Positions 8,211 through 16,054 of a stretch of DNA of 51,746 nt are shown piece after piece. The notes under the pieces are model-generated. The model was given only the letters and a program-made list of their open reading frames with translations, did not search any database and had not been told where the DNA came from. Numbering within the stretch: position 1 is the stretch's first letter; each line of letters starts with the position of its first letter. The translations under genes and the position numbers were made by a program. This DNA is from Eubacteriales bacterium (GTDB lineage: Bacteria; Bacillota; Clostridia; Oscillospirales; CAG-272): contig JAZNZI010000134.1 of assembly GCA_045594865.1 (NCBI GenBank), forward strand, positions 1 to 51,746. Direction: 5' to 3'.

Positions 8211-8577
8211 TGGTGGAACCGACGGGAGTTGAACCCGTGTCCGAAAACCTCTTGATATAACCTTCTCCGTGGGCAGTCTTATCTACTGTTATTTCCCTTA
8301 GTCATCGCCGATAGACAGGCTATGACCTCGGTAGCCCTTTTATGCCTGACCGATACAAGAGCGAAATCTCGGTTCAGGTTCACTACTAATTTGACGCACG
8401 GCGGAAGCCGTAGTCCTCATCCGCGGTACGGGCGGCACTTTTGGCCGCGTCACAGCTTACGCTGCAAGAGCAACTTTATTGTTGTCGTTTATTTTTAAGG
8501 TTGGACATTATTACGGGATTATCCAGCCCGCCACGCTTATCATACCTCAAAATCCCCGTCGAAACCCTTACGGCCCC
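8211..8577 (-). ncRNA. ssrA: tmRNA (transfer-messenger RNA)
   Basis: On the minus strand the 5' end is GGGGCCGTAAGGGTTTCGACGGGG and the 3' end is GGACACGGGTTCAACTCCCGTCGGTTCCACCA. Acceptor pairing includes G3-U. The internal tag reading frame ends ...GAC AAC AAT AAA GTT GCT CTT GCA GCG TAA (DNNKVALAA*). Confidence 0.93.
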
Positions 8578-8597
8578 ATAGGTTTTTGGTGTAATTA

Positions 8598-8626
8598 ATT
8601 ATATAATAAACAGAAACAAAAGTCAA
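8598..8626 (-). promoter_or_regulatory. Sigma-A type promoter for ssrA
   Basis: On the minus strand TTGACT, a 17-nt spacer, then TATAAT, about 20 nt upstream of the mature 5' GGGG. Confidence 0.55.
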
Positions 8627-8755
8627 TAGCGTATTTTTGGATTAATTGTAGAATTTTTTATTATTTTTTAATTATATACTGTATTATATAGGTAAAAATC
8701 ATTTACAAATGTATTTTATCCGAAGCAATCAAGTCTATTAACGGAGGAGTGCTGC

Positions 8756-10375
8756 ATGAAGGCAGGTTCAACTTTTAAGCTTATGGTCAAGGCCGGAATA
8801 ATCGTTGCATACGTAGGCCTTATAATTGTACTGATAGTTCAAGCACTGACTCCGGGTAGCGAGTCCTCTAACATAAGCAATAACGTGGGCGACAAGCTCA
8901 ACGACGTTGCCACCGAGATACAGAAGCCCGAGGCTGAGATCTTTGCGGTAGAGAGTGTAAAAATTGCGTCTATTACGGTTGGCAGCAAGGCCTTGGATCT
9001 TGACGATCCTACTATACAGATCGGTCAATCTGCGATGATAGGTAGCAAGGTTGCACCCGAAAACGCAAATAATCAATCGTTGGTATTCACCTCGTCCGAC
9101 GATGAGATCCTGCGCGTGTATGCCAACGGAAAAATTACCGCGAAAGCGGCAGGAGAAGCCACGATCACAGTAGCATCTGCCGAAAGCAATCAGATATACG
9201 ATCGTATTCTCATTAAGGTTCAAGAGGTTGCAATCGAAGGAATAGAAATATCCAATATTCCCGATGAAATATGCGTAGGAGACATTCACCGACTTGAAAT
9301 CAATTTCACTCCCGACAACTCATCCAACAAGTCGATCATATGGAAGTCCTCCGACGAAGAGGTACTTAAGGTAAGCAACAACGGCTCACTGACCGCGAAG
9401 GGCGAGGGCACGGTGACAATTACAGCCACCTCCTCTGCAAATCCAAGTCTGTCAGCCGCCGTTGAGATAACCGTTCTTCCAAAGCCCGATATTCCCTCTA
9501 TCCCCGTAGAATCGCTGAAAATCGAGACGGCGAGTAACGTGGGCTATATAGGCTCTACCCTAAAGCTGGCGGCAAGGCTCTACCCTGCTGAAGCTGACGG
9601 CGATACTATCTGGTACAGCTCCGATGAGACAGTGGCGACGGTATCACAAAAAGGCATTGTCACCTGTCACAAGGCGGGCGATGTGACGATAACCGCGAGA
9701 TGCGGCGAGAGTATTGAAGAAAGTATTCGTATCACCGTCAAGGAGGTGCTGTCGGGAACTATCACCCTCAAGTTTGAGGGGCTTCGCAAGGATGGAGATA
9801 ATTACCTTATCAAGCAGGGCGAGAGCGGCAAGGTTATTGCTACCCTTGACAAAAGCGCCACAGTGCAGACGGTTGTCTTCTCCTCATCAGACGAAAAAGT
9901 AGCAAAGATCGGTCAGGACGGAGTTATAGAAGCTGTCTCGGGCGGAAGCACCACTATCACGATTTCTACCTCCTACGATGGCAAGACCACCGAGGAGTCC
10001 TTCCTGCTTACCGTAGAGCGCATCACCCTGAAGGATACTATGGAGAACTTCTACTATATCATCAGAAAATCCATCGGTCACTTCGGTGCATTCCTCGTGC
10101 TTGGTATATTCGGTGCGCTTACCTACTACATAATTCTGCCAAAGAGCTTTAAGGGCAAGCTTTTATCGGTCGTTATTTGTCTTGTCGCAGGCTTTGCAGT
10201 GGCAGGAATTACAGAGATTTTGCAGCTGCCATACTTTACTCAGGGCAGGTATTGCTCCTTTGATGACGTGCTGCTTGATTTCGCAGGATATTGTACGTCG
10301 GCAATCCCCATAGGTCTGATAATTTTGATAGCGCACCCCTTTGTTCTCGTATTTAGAGGCAAAAATGTAAAGTAA
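8756..10375 (+). CDS. Membrane protein with four Big_2-like Ig repeats and a C-terminal VanZ-like domain
   Basis: N-terminal TM helix. Four repeats carry the Big_2 signature, e.g. LVFTSSDDEILRVYANGKITAKAAGEATITVAS and IIWKSSDEEVLKVSNNGSLTAKGEGTVTITATS. The multi-TM C-terminus has GHFGAFLVLG...EILQ...FDDVLLDFAGY (VanZ-like). Confidence 0.75.
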   Translation: MKAGSTFKLMVKAGIIVAYVGLIIVLIVQALTPGSESSNISNNVGDKLNDVATEIQKPEAEIFAVESVKIASITVGSKALDLDDPTIQIGQSAMIGSKVAPENANNQSLVFTSSDDEILRVYANGKITAKAAGEATITVASAESNQIYDRILIKVQEVAIEGIEISNIPDEICVGDIHRLEINFTPDNSSNKSIIWKSSDEEVLKVSNNGSLTAKGEGTVTITATSSANPSLSAAVEITVLPKPDIPSIPVESLKIETASNVGYIGSTLKLAARLYPAEADGDTIWYSSDETVATVSQKGIVTCHKAGDVTITARCGESIEESIRITVKEVLSGTITLKFEGLRKDGDNYLIKQGESGKVIATLDKSATVQTVVFSSSDEKVAKIGQDGVIEAVSGGSTTITISTSYDGKTTEESFLLTVERITLKDTMENFYYIIRKSIGHFGAFLVLGIFGALTYYIILPKSFKGKLLSVVICLVAGFAVAGITEILQLPYFTQGRYCSFDDVLLDFAGYCTSAIPIGLIILIAHPFVLVFRGKNVK

Positions 10376-10389
10376 TGTTAGAATAAAGC

Positions 10390-10419
10390 AAAAAAGCAGG
10401 CTTTAACGCCTGCTTTTTT
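10390..10419. terminator. Bidirectional terminator between convergent genes
   Basis: AAAAAGCAGGC-TTTAAC-GCCTGCTTTTT, flanked by A and T runs. Confidence 0.75.
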
Positions 10420-10430
10420 ATATTTGCAAT

Positions 10431-12329
10431 TTACCAGATAACAATACGCTTTTCGGGTGTGATATACATCTTATCGGTATCCTTAACGTCAAAGGTGCTG
10501 TACCATACGTCGAAGTTTCTGGGAGGCATATTTGCTCTGAGAATTGCGGGGCCGTGAACGTCAACCGCAAGAAGAAGCTGAGAGTACTCGGGCTTTGCCT
10601 TCTGGCACCATACTCTTGCCCAGTTGGAGAAGTACTCCTTGTAGGATGCGCCCTCTGTTCTCGACATAATGTCAACAGTCACCGACATACCGCCGTTGTC
10701 CGCCATATTCTCGCTTACGATAAAGGCTCCGTTCACCTTACCCCAAGGAAGCTCGATACCATCGAACTGCTCGATCATCCGGTTTACCTTTGCCTCAAAT
10801 CTCTTGAAGTCGTCCTCTGTCCACCAGTTGTTGATATTACCGTTCTCGTCGCACTTTGCACCGTTGGAGTCGAATGCGTGGGAGATCTCGTGGCCGATAA
10901 CTGCGCCGATGCCGCCGAGGTTCTCGCTTCTGGTCTGCTTCAGAGAGTAGAAGGGCGCCTGAAGGATCGCCGCGGGGAAGGTAATGTCGTTAACGAAGGG
11001 ATCGTAGCAGGCATTGACCATATGACCGGGCATTGCCCAGTTCTCAGGCTCGGTGGGCTTATCAAGCTTAGAGAGAATATCAAGCTCTCTGATCGCCTTC
11101 AAGGAAAGCATAATGTCAAAGAGAGAATCATCGGGATTGAAGGTAAGCTTGTCGTATATGGCTCTTGCCTTGTCGGGATAACCCATCTTAACGCCCATCT
11201 TGGAGAGCTTCAGAATAGCCTTTTCCTTAGTTTCCTCACCAAGAATGTCATTGGTCTTGATGCGAGCCTTATAGGTATCGATGATCTGATATACGATCTC
11301 AGTAATGTCGCGCTTTGCTTCTTTGCCAAAGTACTTCTCGCCATAGTAAATACCTACGGGATCGGAATAAGTGCCTGCGGCAAGGTTATATGCGAACTTC
11401 TCAATGGACTGCATTTTTGCAACGCCTGTGATAGCGCGCATATACATACCGCCCATATCACGAAGCTCCTCGGAGAGGTAATTGCAGGCTGAGAGAAGGC
11501 CTGTCACGTATGCCCAATGCTTATAAAGAACAAGGGTATCTGCATTGAAAAGGCCTGTAAAGCCACCAAAATAACGTGGCTCGGTGACAACGATAGTCTC
11601 GGGAATATGTCCGAAGAGGTCGGTAAGAATTACGCCGATATCAATGGTGCTGAGCATCTCGGCAACCTTAGCCTCGTCCATAGGATTATACATTTCAATG
11701 TAGTTTGACCATTCCTCGCTGGTCTTTGCAAGTCCGCCGATGATCTCGTCAAATGCAAGCGCGTCTGCAACGTACTTCTCCTGATCCTCGGGGGAGAGGT
11801 CGGTCTTTGCCATAACCATCTTAGCAACATTCGTCCAGATGCCGAGGATCTGCTCCTTCTGGGGAGCCATCTCGGGCTTGTAGTAGGAGGCGTCGGGAAG
11901 AATTACGGTTGCGCCCTGAATATAAACGAGTCGGCGCTTGGTGTCCTTCATATCGGTTTCAACACCAATGTTGATGGGGGTGGGAATGCCCTTTAAGGAC
12001 AGAGCCTTATAATTCTTGCTGAAATCCTCGGGAGTCTTGATCTCGTCAAGAGCGGAAAGAGCCTTCAGCGCGGGGGTGATACCCTGCTTTTCCTTTCTCT
12101 CGGCATCCTTGGCGATCTCATAAAGCTGGCAGGCTCTCGCCATATGCTCGTTAGGATATGCCTTGCTCTCAGCCATAGCCTCGAACTCGCCCATCATAAT
12201 TTTCTCTACGCTGTCTGCAAGCTCTACAAAGCCGCCTGCGCAGGGCTTATCATCGGGAATAACAAGCTCCTCAAGCTTTTGCTGGTTGACGTATGTATAA
12301 AGGTCGTCCTGAATTCTAATGTTTTCCAT
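10431..12329 (-). CDS. pepO: M13 family (neprilysin/PepO-like) zinc metallopeptidase
   Basis: 632 aa. HEISHAFD (HExxH), ENMADNGG (ExxxD) and the C-terminal PPRNFDVWY...IW tail are typical of M13 endopeptidases. Confidence 0.9.
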   Translation of the reverse strand: MENIRIQDDLYTYVNQQKLEELVIPDDKPCAGGFVELADSVEKIMMGEFEAMAESKAYPNEHMARACQLYEIAKDAERKEKQGITPALKALSALDEIKTPEDFSKNYKALSLKGIPTPINIGVETDMKDTKRRLVYIQGATVILPDASYYKPEMAPQKEQILGIWTNVAKMVMAKTDLSPEDQEKYVADALAFDEIIGGLAKTSEEWSNYIEMYNPMDEAKVAEMLSTIDIGVILTDLFGHIPETIVVTEPRYFGGFTGLFNADTLVLYKHWAYVTGLLSACNYLSEELRDMGGMYMRAITGVAKMQSIEKFAYNLAAGTYSDPVGIYYGEKYFGKEAKRDITEIVYQIIDTYKARIKTNDILGEETKEKAILKLSKMGVKMGYPDKARAIYDKLTFNPDDSLFDIMLSLKAIRELDILSKLDKPTEPENWAMPGHMVNACYDPFVNDITFPAAILQAPFYSLKQTRSENLGGIGAVIGHEISHAFDSNGAKCDENGNINNWWTEDDFKRFEAKVNRMIEQFDGIELPWGKVNGAFIVSENMADNGGMSVTVDIMSRTEGASYKEYFSNWARVWCQKAKPEYSQLLLAVDVHGPAILRANMPPRNFDVWYSTFDVKDTDKMYITPEKRIVIW

Positions 12330-12450
12330 AAGTGTCTCCTAAAAAGTGTTTTTAGCAATAAATACTATACTTTATTGTACCACTAAACGAAGAAAAACAC
12401 AATATAAATTAAGCAAAAAAGTTGAATTATATGTAAATATTTATAATATG

Positions 12451-12476
12451 AAAAGCAGACACAAGGTCTGCTTTTC
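12451..12476. terminator. Hairpin downstream of tRNA-Arg
   Basis: AAAAGCAGAC-ACAAG-GTCTGCTTTT with T-rich flanks on both strands. Confidence 0.5.
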
Positions 12477-12482
12477 TTTTTT

Positions 12483-12559
12483 TGGCGTCGACGAGGGGAT
12501 TCGAACCTCCGACCTACTGCTTAGGAGGCAGTTGCTCTATCCTGCTGAGCTACGTCGAC
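12483..12559 (-). tRNA. tRNA-Arg (anticodon CCU)
   Basis: On the minus strand: GTCGACG acceptor, GCTCAGCAGGATAGAGC D-arm, ACTGC-CTCCTAA-GCAGT anticodon arm, GGTTCGAATCC T-loop and an encoded CCA. There is one A-C mismatch in the T-stem. Confidence 0.85.
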
Positions 12560-12636
12560 TTATTTGCTTTGCGCGATATATATTGTATCACAAGTTTATT
12601 AATTTTGCAAGAGGTTTTTGTAGATAAAAACAAATA

Positions 12637-12658
12637 GGGCGGAGATAATTCTCCGCCC
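12637..12658 (-). terminator. Terminator after the CotH lipoprotein gene
   Basis: GGGCGGAG-ATAATT-CTCCGCCC. On the minus strand it is followed by TATTTGTTTTT. Confidence 0.7.
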
Positions 12659-12668
12659 TGCCGATTTG

Positions 12669-14780
12669 TTAGGGGTTTTCAACCTTTTCTATATACAAAG
12701 TGGTCGTGTTTGCGTCAAGCGTCACAAGGTAGGTTCCGGGCTCTAAATATATATTTCTGTTTCCGTTGTTATCATCATAAGGAACCGTACATTCGGGATC
12801 AATGATCTCGCCACCGTACCACAGACCTGAATTGTTGTCATACAGCTTAAACTTGATCTTGCCATAATTAGAGGACACGTGCGCTTCGGTAAGAGTAAAG
12901 GTGAATATGCCGTTGCCCTCCGATTTCATCAAATAGTAATCGTTAGGCTGCCAGCCGTTCATATCTCCCATAATATAGGGCTTGCAATTTGCGATTGAGC
13001 CGCCGCTACCTGTATTTCCTCCCGAGCCTGTGTTATCGCCCGAGCCGCTATTGCCGCCTGTGTTGTCACCGTAATTAGGCTTTTCCTCGCTGTTGCCCTG
13101 ATCGCCGATAGCGTTATAGAGAGTTGCGCGCTTTGCGGAAATATAATCGGCAAAGGACATATTGCTGCTGTCACCCGGAGAGCAGGTTCGGTTGATGTCA
13201 AAACGGAAGCTGCAACCGCCTGCATTATGATAGTTTCTCGAGGGAGTGGTGTCGCCCGAATAGAGTGCCGCCGCGATGTCAAAGGCAGCCTTAAAGCTAT
13301 CGTTTTTCAGCATTTCGCTGGCGTCAACCGCCTTCAGCGCCTCGATATATTCATTTACAAAATAGCCGCCACGACACACAGTTTTTAAAAACAAGGGACT
13401 CCTCTGCTCACTGTTGTTGCCAATCGCCTGCTTTGAGAAGGGGTCATCGGTGGTCATACCGTTGCCGCTGGGATTCCAAGTGTTAACACCAAGTCCGCGG
13501 TCGGAGTCGTAAGGAATAACAAGCATCTTACCCGTGTCGGCGCGGAAGTAGATGTAGGAATTGTTGTAGTTATTACGCAGGTCGTCGGGATTACCGATAA
13601 TATAAGACACGGCGCAATAATTAAGGAAGTTCTCCATATCGATAAGCGACTCAAAGCTCGCCTTAGATGCGGAGGATGACTTTATGGTATTAATTAGATT
13701 TTTAAGGCTCTGATGAGTGGAGGTCTTCTTGTTAGTTTTCAGATCGTAGACGTAGAATCTGCCTGCATCCTCGTCCTCTACACCGTAGGAGGAGAAGGAG
13801 GTGAAGGTTGCGCCCTCGTTTGTCCAGCCAAGCTTATAAAGATCGCCGCCGAGAGCCGAGGCAGGAAGATTTTTCTCAAGGAAGACCTTATCTACAGGCT
13901 CGTAGACTACCCACACGCCTGCGTGATCGTCGCCGATATCAACCGAGGCAAGATTCGTGTGAGGAGCGAGAACGCCGAACTCGCGGTAAAGCTCGTAGGC
14001 ATAGTTCTCTCTTATATAGGTGGGATCGTCGTTTCTGTTCCAGCGAATATCAATCTTCTCAAGGGTGGCAAAGGTGCGGTTTTTACGTTCCTTTCGTGCC
14101 GCGGAATCGGTCCATACAAGCGCATCGCTGCCATAGTATGCCTCATCGTCAAAGGTCTCCTGGAAGCTGATCTTAAAGTGAACCAGGTTATACATTCCGT
14201 CGTGATCGTTATAGAAATCGGTGCGGGAGGTATTGCCCTTCATACGCACGCCAACCTGATCTATCACCCACTGCTCTGTCTCACCGCTCGGCTTTGTGAC
14301 CGTGACGATCATATCAGCCATACGGTAGATAGGAGATTTTGAGCCGAAGCCTCTGTATTTCTCATAATCCTGCTGAATTTTTTTCAGCTCAGAGTCGGAG
14401 ATATCAAGCTTTATGGATATATGATTATTTGGATCGAAGAATTCTTCAAAGGCTGCGATCTCGTCTGCGGGGTAATTGGGAGTAGGCTTTTCGTCATTGG
14501 AGCCACCGCCTGAGGTGCTGCCGCCATTATTGCCGCCATTGTTGCCGCTATTATTTCCGCCCGAGGTGCTGCCACCATTGTTATTACCACCTGAAGCGTT
14601 GCCACCAGAGGTGTTATCGCCTGAGGTACTGCCTCCGTTATTTGAATTTTCCGAATTGTTGCCGTTATTGCTTGTATTATCGCCGTTCTCTCCGCTACCC
14701 GTATTGCTGTCAGGATTTACACAGGCAACCGTGGAAAAGAGCATAAGTAAAACAAGAATAAGGCTCAAAAGCTTTTTCAT
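12669..14780 (-). CDS. CotH-domain lipoprotein with G/N/S-rich linkers and a C-terminal beta-sandwich module
   Basis: Start at MKKLLSLILVLLMLFSTVAC (lipobox). A ~70-aa G/N/S low-complexity linker follows. CotH-like core motifs are present: DIRWNRNDDPTYIRENYAYELYREFGVLAPH, NYNNSYIYF and IPYDSDRGLG. A second G/N/S linker precedes the C-terminal CKPYIMGDMNGWQPNDYYLM... module, which is carbohydrate-binding-like. Confidence 0.75.
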   Translation of the reverse strand: MKKLLSLILVLLMLFSTVACVNPDSNTGSGENGDNTSNNGNNSENSNNGGSTSGDNTSGGNASGGNNNGGSTSGGNNSGNNGGNNGGSTSGGGSNDEKPTPNYPADEIAAFEEFFDPNNHISIKLDISDSELKKIQQDYEKYRGFGSKSPIYRMADMIVTVTKPSGETEQWVIDQVGVRMKGNTSRTDFYNDHDGMYNLVHFKISFQETFDDEAYYGSDALVWTDSAARKERKNRTFATLEKIDIRWNRNDDPTYIRENYAYELYREFGVLAPHTNLASVDIGDDHAGVWVVYEPVDKVFLEKNLPASALGGDLYKLGWTNEGATFTSFSSYGVEDEDAGRFYVYDLKTNKKTSTHQSLKNLINTIKSSSASKASFESLIDMENFLNYCAVSYIIGNPDDLRNNYNNSYIYFRADTGKMLVIPYDSDRGLGVNTWNPSGNGMTTDDPFSKQAIGNNSEQRSPLFLKTVCRGGYFVNEYIEALKAVDASEMLKNDSFKAAFDIAAALYSGDTTPSRNYHNAGGCSFRFDINRTCSPGDSSNMSFADYISAKRATLYNAIGDQGNSEEKPNYGDNTGGNSGSGDNTGSGGNTGSGGSIANCKPYIMGDMNGWQPNDYYLMKSEGNGIFTFTLTEAHVSSNYGKIKFKLYDNNSGLWYGGEIIDPECTVPYDDNNGNRNIYLEPGTYLVTLDANTTTLYIEKVENP

Positions 14781-14811
14781 ATAAAAACCTCTCGTATTTT
14801 TTTCCAGTATA

Positions 14812-14840
14812 ATTATAGCACAAAGCTTTACGTCTGTCAA
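14812..14840 (-). promoter_or_regulatory. Sigma-A type promoter for the CotH lipoprotein gene
   Basis: On the minus strand TTGACA, a 17-nt spacer, then TATAAT. Confidence 0.6.
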
Positions 14841-14841
14841 T

Positions 14842-14870
14842 AAAAAAACCGCCGCAAGAGGCGCGGCGGT
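14842..14870 (-). terminator. Terminator after the 348-aa lipoprotein gene
   Basis: On the minus strand ACCGCCGC-GCCTCTT-GCGGCGGT followed by TTTTTTT. Confidence 0.8.
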
Positions 14871-14875
14871 AAGAG

Positions 14876-15922
14876 TTATTCTATGCTGAGTTCAAAAGAT
14901 ATTTCTATATCGTAGTCCTTATTTTCATCATCCTTGCCTGCCTCAATAGCGGATACGCCGATGGTGATAACATCGCCCTCTGCTACCTCGATGGTAGCCG
15001 AAAGCTCACCGTTTGTATACTGATCAACGGGAACGTCATTTTCAAGCACTCTACGTAGGTAGATGCTGTTACGGGGATTGTCCGTGGTAAGAGTAAGCAT
15101 ACCGTCAGCTGTAGCTACCCATGTGTAGTAAACCACCGTGTCGCAGTTTACGGTGACGGTGGCGCTGTTCTCGGTCAGCTCAATAGGATTCTCCATAGAG
15201 CCGCTGGGAGCTGTCACCTCAAGGAGCGCGGTAAACTCGGTGTCGGAGGTATTCTTTACCGAGAATACGGAGTTGGCAACGCCCATCTGGTTTTCATCAG
15301 GCTCGATAACGAGGGATGCCACACCGTCCTTTGCCGCATAGCTGTCACCGTTGAAGCCGATAACAGCAGCGGCATTATACACGTTAATGTATCTTACGGT
15401 GGAAACGCGGAGCATAAAGTAAAGCTCCTGGTCGGGAGCGAGAGTGATCTCGGTCTCGTTCTCCGAAATGAAGAAGGGCTTTGCTGCAGAGCCGTCTGGT
15501 TTGTTATCTACGATAGTAAGATCAACTGCACCGGTTCCCTCCTCTACCCTGAAGCCAAAGGTATCGGGAGAGCAATATTCAGGCAGGCTCTCATAATCGT
15601 AGTCAATCTGATAAATACCGCCCTCAAGGTCAATCTTAACCGTTCCGTCCTGTCCGCTTGTAAGCTCAAAACTCTTATCACCTCTGGTAAGAGTGAACTT
15701 AACGCCCGAGAGAGCGTCACCGTTATCAAGCTTTACGCTGATGGTAACAGAAACCGTAGTGATATCGGGTGCCTCGTCACCATCGTCATACTCAGCGCCA
15801 CAGCTGTCGCAAAGATGGTCGTCATCCGCATCCACGTGAGCCTCACACTTCTCCTCGCAGGAGGCAAGAGAAAGCGCCAGCGTCAGTATAAGAAGCAGAG
15901 CCCATAAATATTTTTTATTCAT
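14876..15922 (-). CDS. Lipoprotein (348 aa) with an N-terminal Cys/His/Asp motif and beta-sandwich repeats
   Basis: Signal peptide plus lipobox LALSLASC, then CEAHVDADDDHLCDSCG. The remainder is beta-rich (GGIYQIDYDYESLPEY; AEGDVITIGVSA). AAGGAG RBS. Confidence 0.8.
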   Translation of the reverse strand: MNKKYLWALLLILTLALSLASCEEKCEAHVDADDDHLCDSCGAEYDDGDEAPDITTVSVTISVKLDNGDALSGVKFTLTRGDKSFELTSGQDGTVKIDLEGGIYQIDYDYESLPEYCSPDTFGFRVEEGTGAVDLTIVDNKPDGSAAKPFFISENETEITLAPDQELYFMLRVSTVRYINVYNAAAVIGFNGDSYAAKDGVASLVIEPDENQMGVANSVFSVKNTSDTEFTALLEVTAPSGSMENPIELTENSATVTVNCDTVVYYTWVATADGMLTLTTDNPRNSIYLRRVLENDVPVDQYTNGELSATIEVAEGDVITIGVSAIEAGKDDENKDYDIEISFELSIE

Positions 15923-15952
15923 TTTAGTTCTCCTTAATGTTTATCTTAATAT

Positions 15953-15981
15953 ATTATAGCATTTTCTATTAAGCTTTGCAA
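15953..15981 (-). promoter_or_regulatory. Sigma-A type promoter for the 348-aa lipoprotein gene
   Basis: On the minus strand TTGCAA, a 17-nt spacer, then TATAAT. Confidence 0.55.
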
Positions 15982-16006
15982 TAGCTTTTTAAATATGCCA
16001 TAATAA

Positions 16007-16032
16007 TGCGCCGCGACCATCCGACCGCGGCG
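16007..16032 (-). terminator. Hairpin after the 659-aa lipoprotein gene
   Basis: GCGCCGCG-(10 nt)-CGCGGCGC. The downstream tract on the minus strand is A/T-rich rather than a clean T-run. Confidence 0.45.
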
Positions 16033-16054
16033 CAAGGGTTAAAACAAAATCATA

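Noticed and set aside
7611-8255. Cluster of 68-132-aa ORFs between spoIVA and ssrA
   Set aside because: They overlap palindromic repeats, the tmRNA terminator and the tmRNA itself. They have no RBS and no recognisable protein features.
12669-14840. Longer N-termini proposed by the ORF track (14840 for CotH, 1983 for the lipoprotein, 5827 for spoIVA, 36549 for moxR, 43958 for mazG, 46673, 47533 and 49181)
   Set aside because: In each case an internal start has a proper RBS and gives a canonical N-terminus (signal peptide or conserved family start). The extension overlaps a promoter or the upstream gene.
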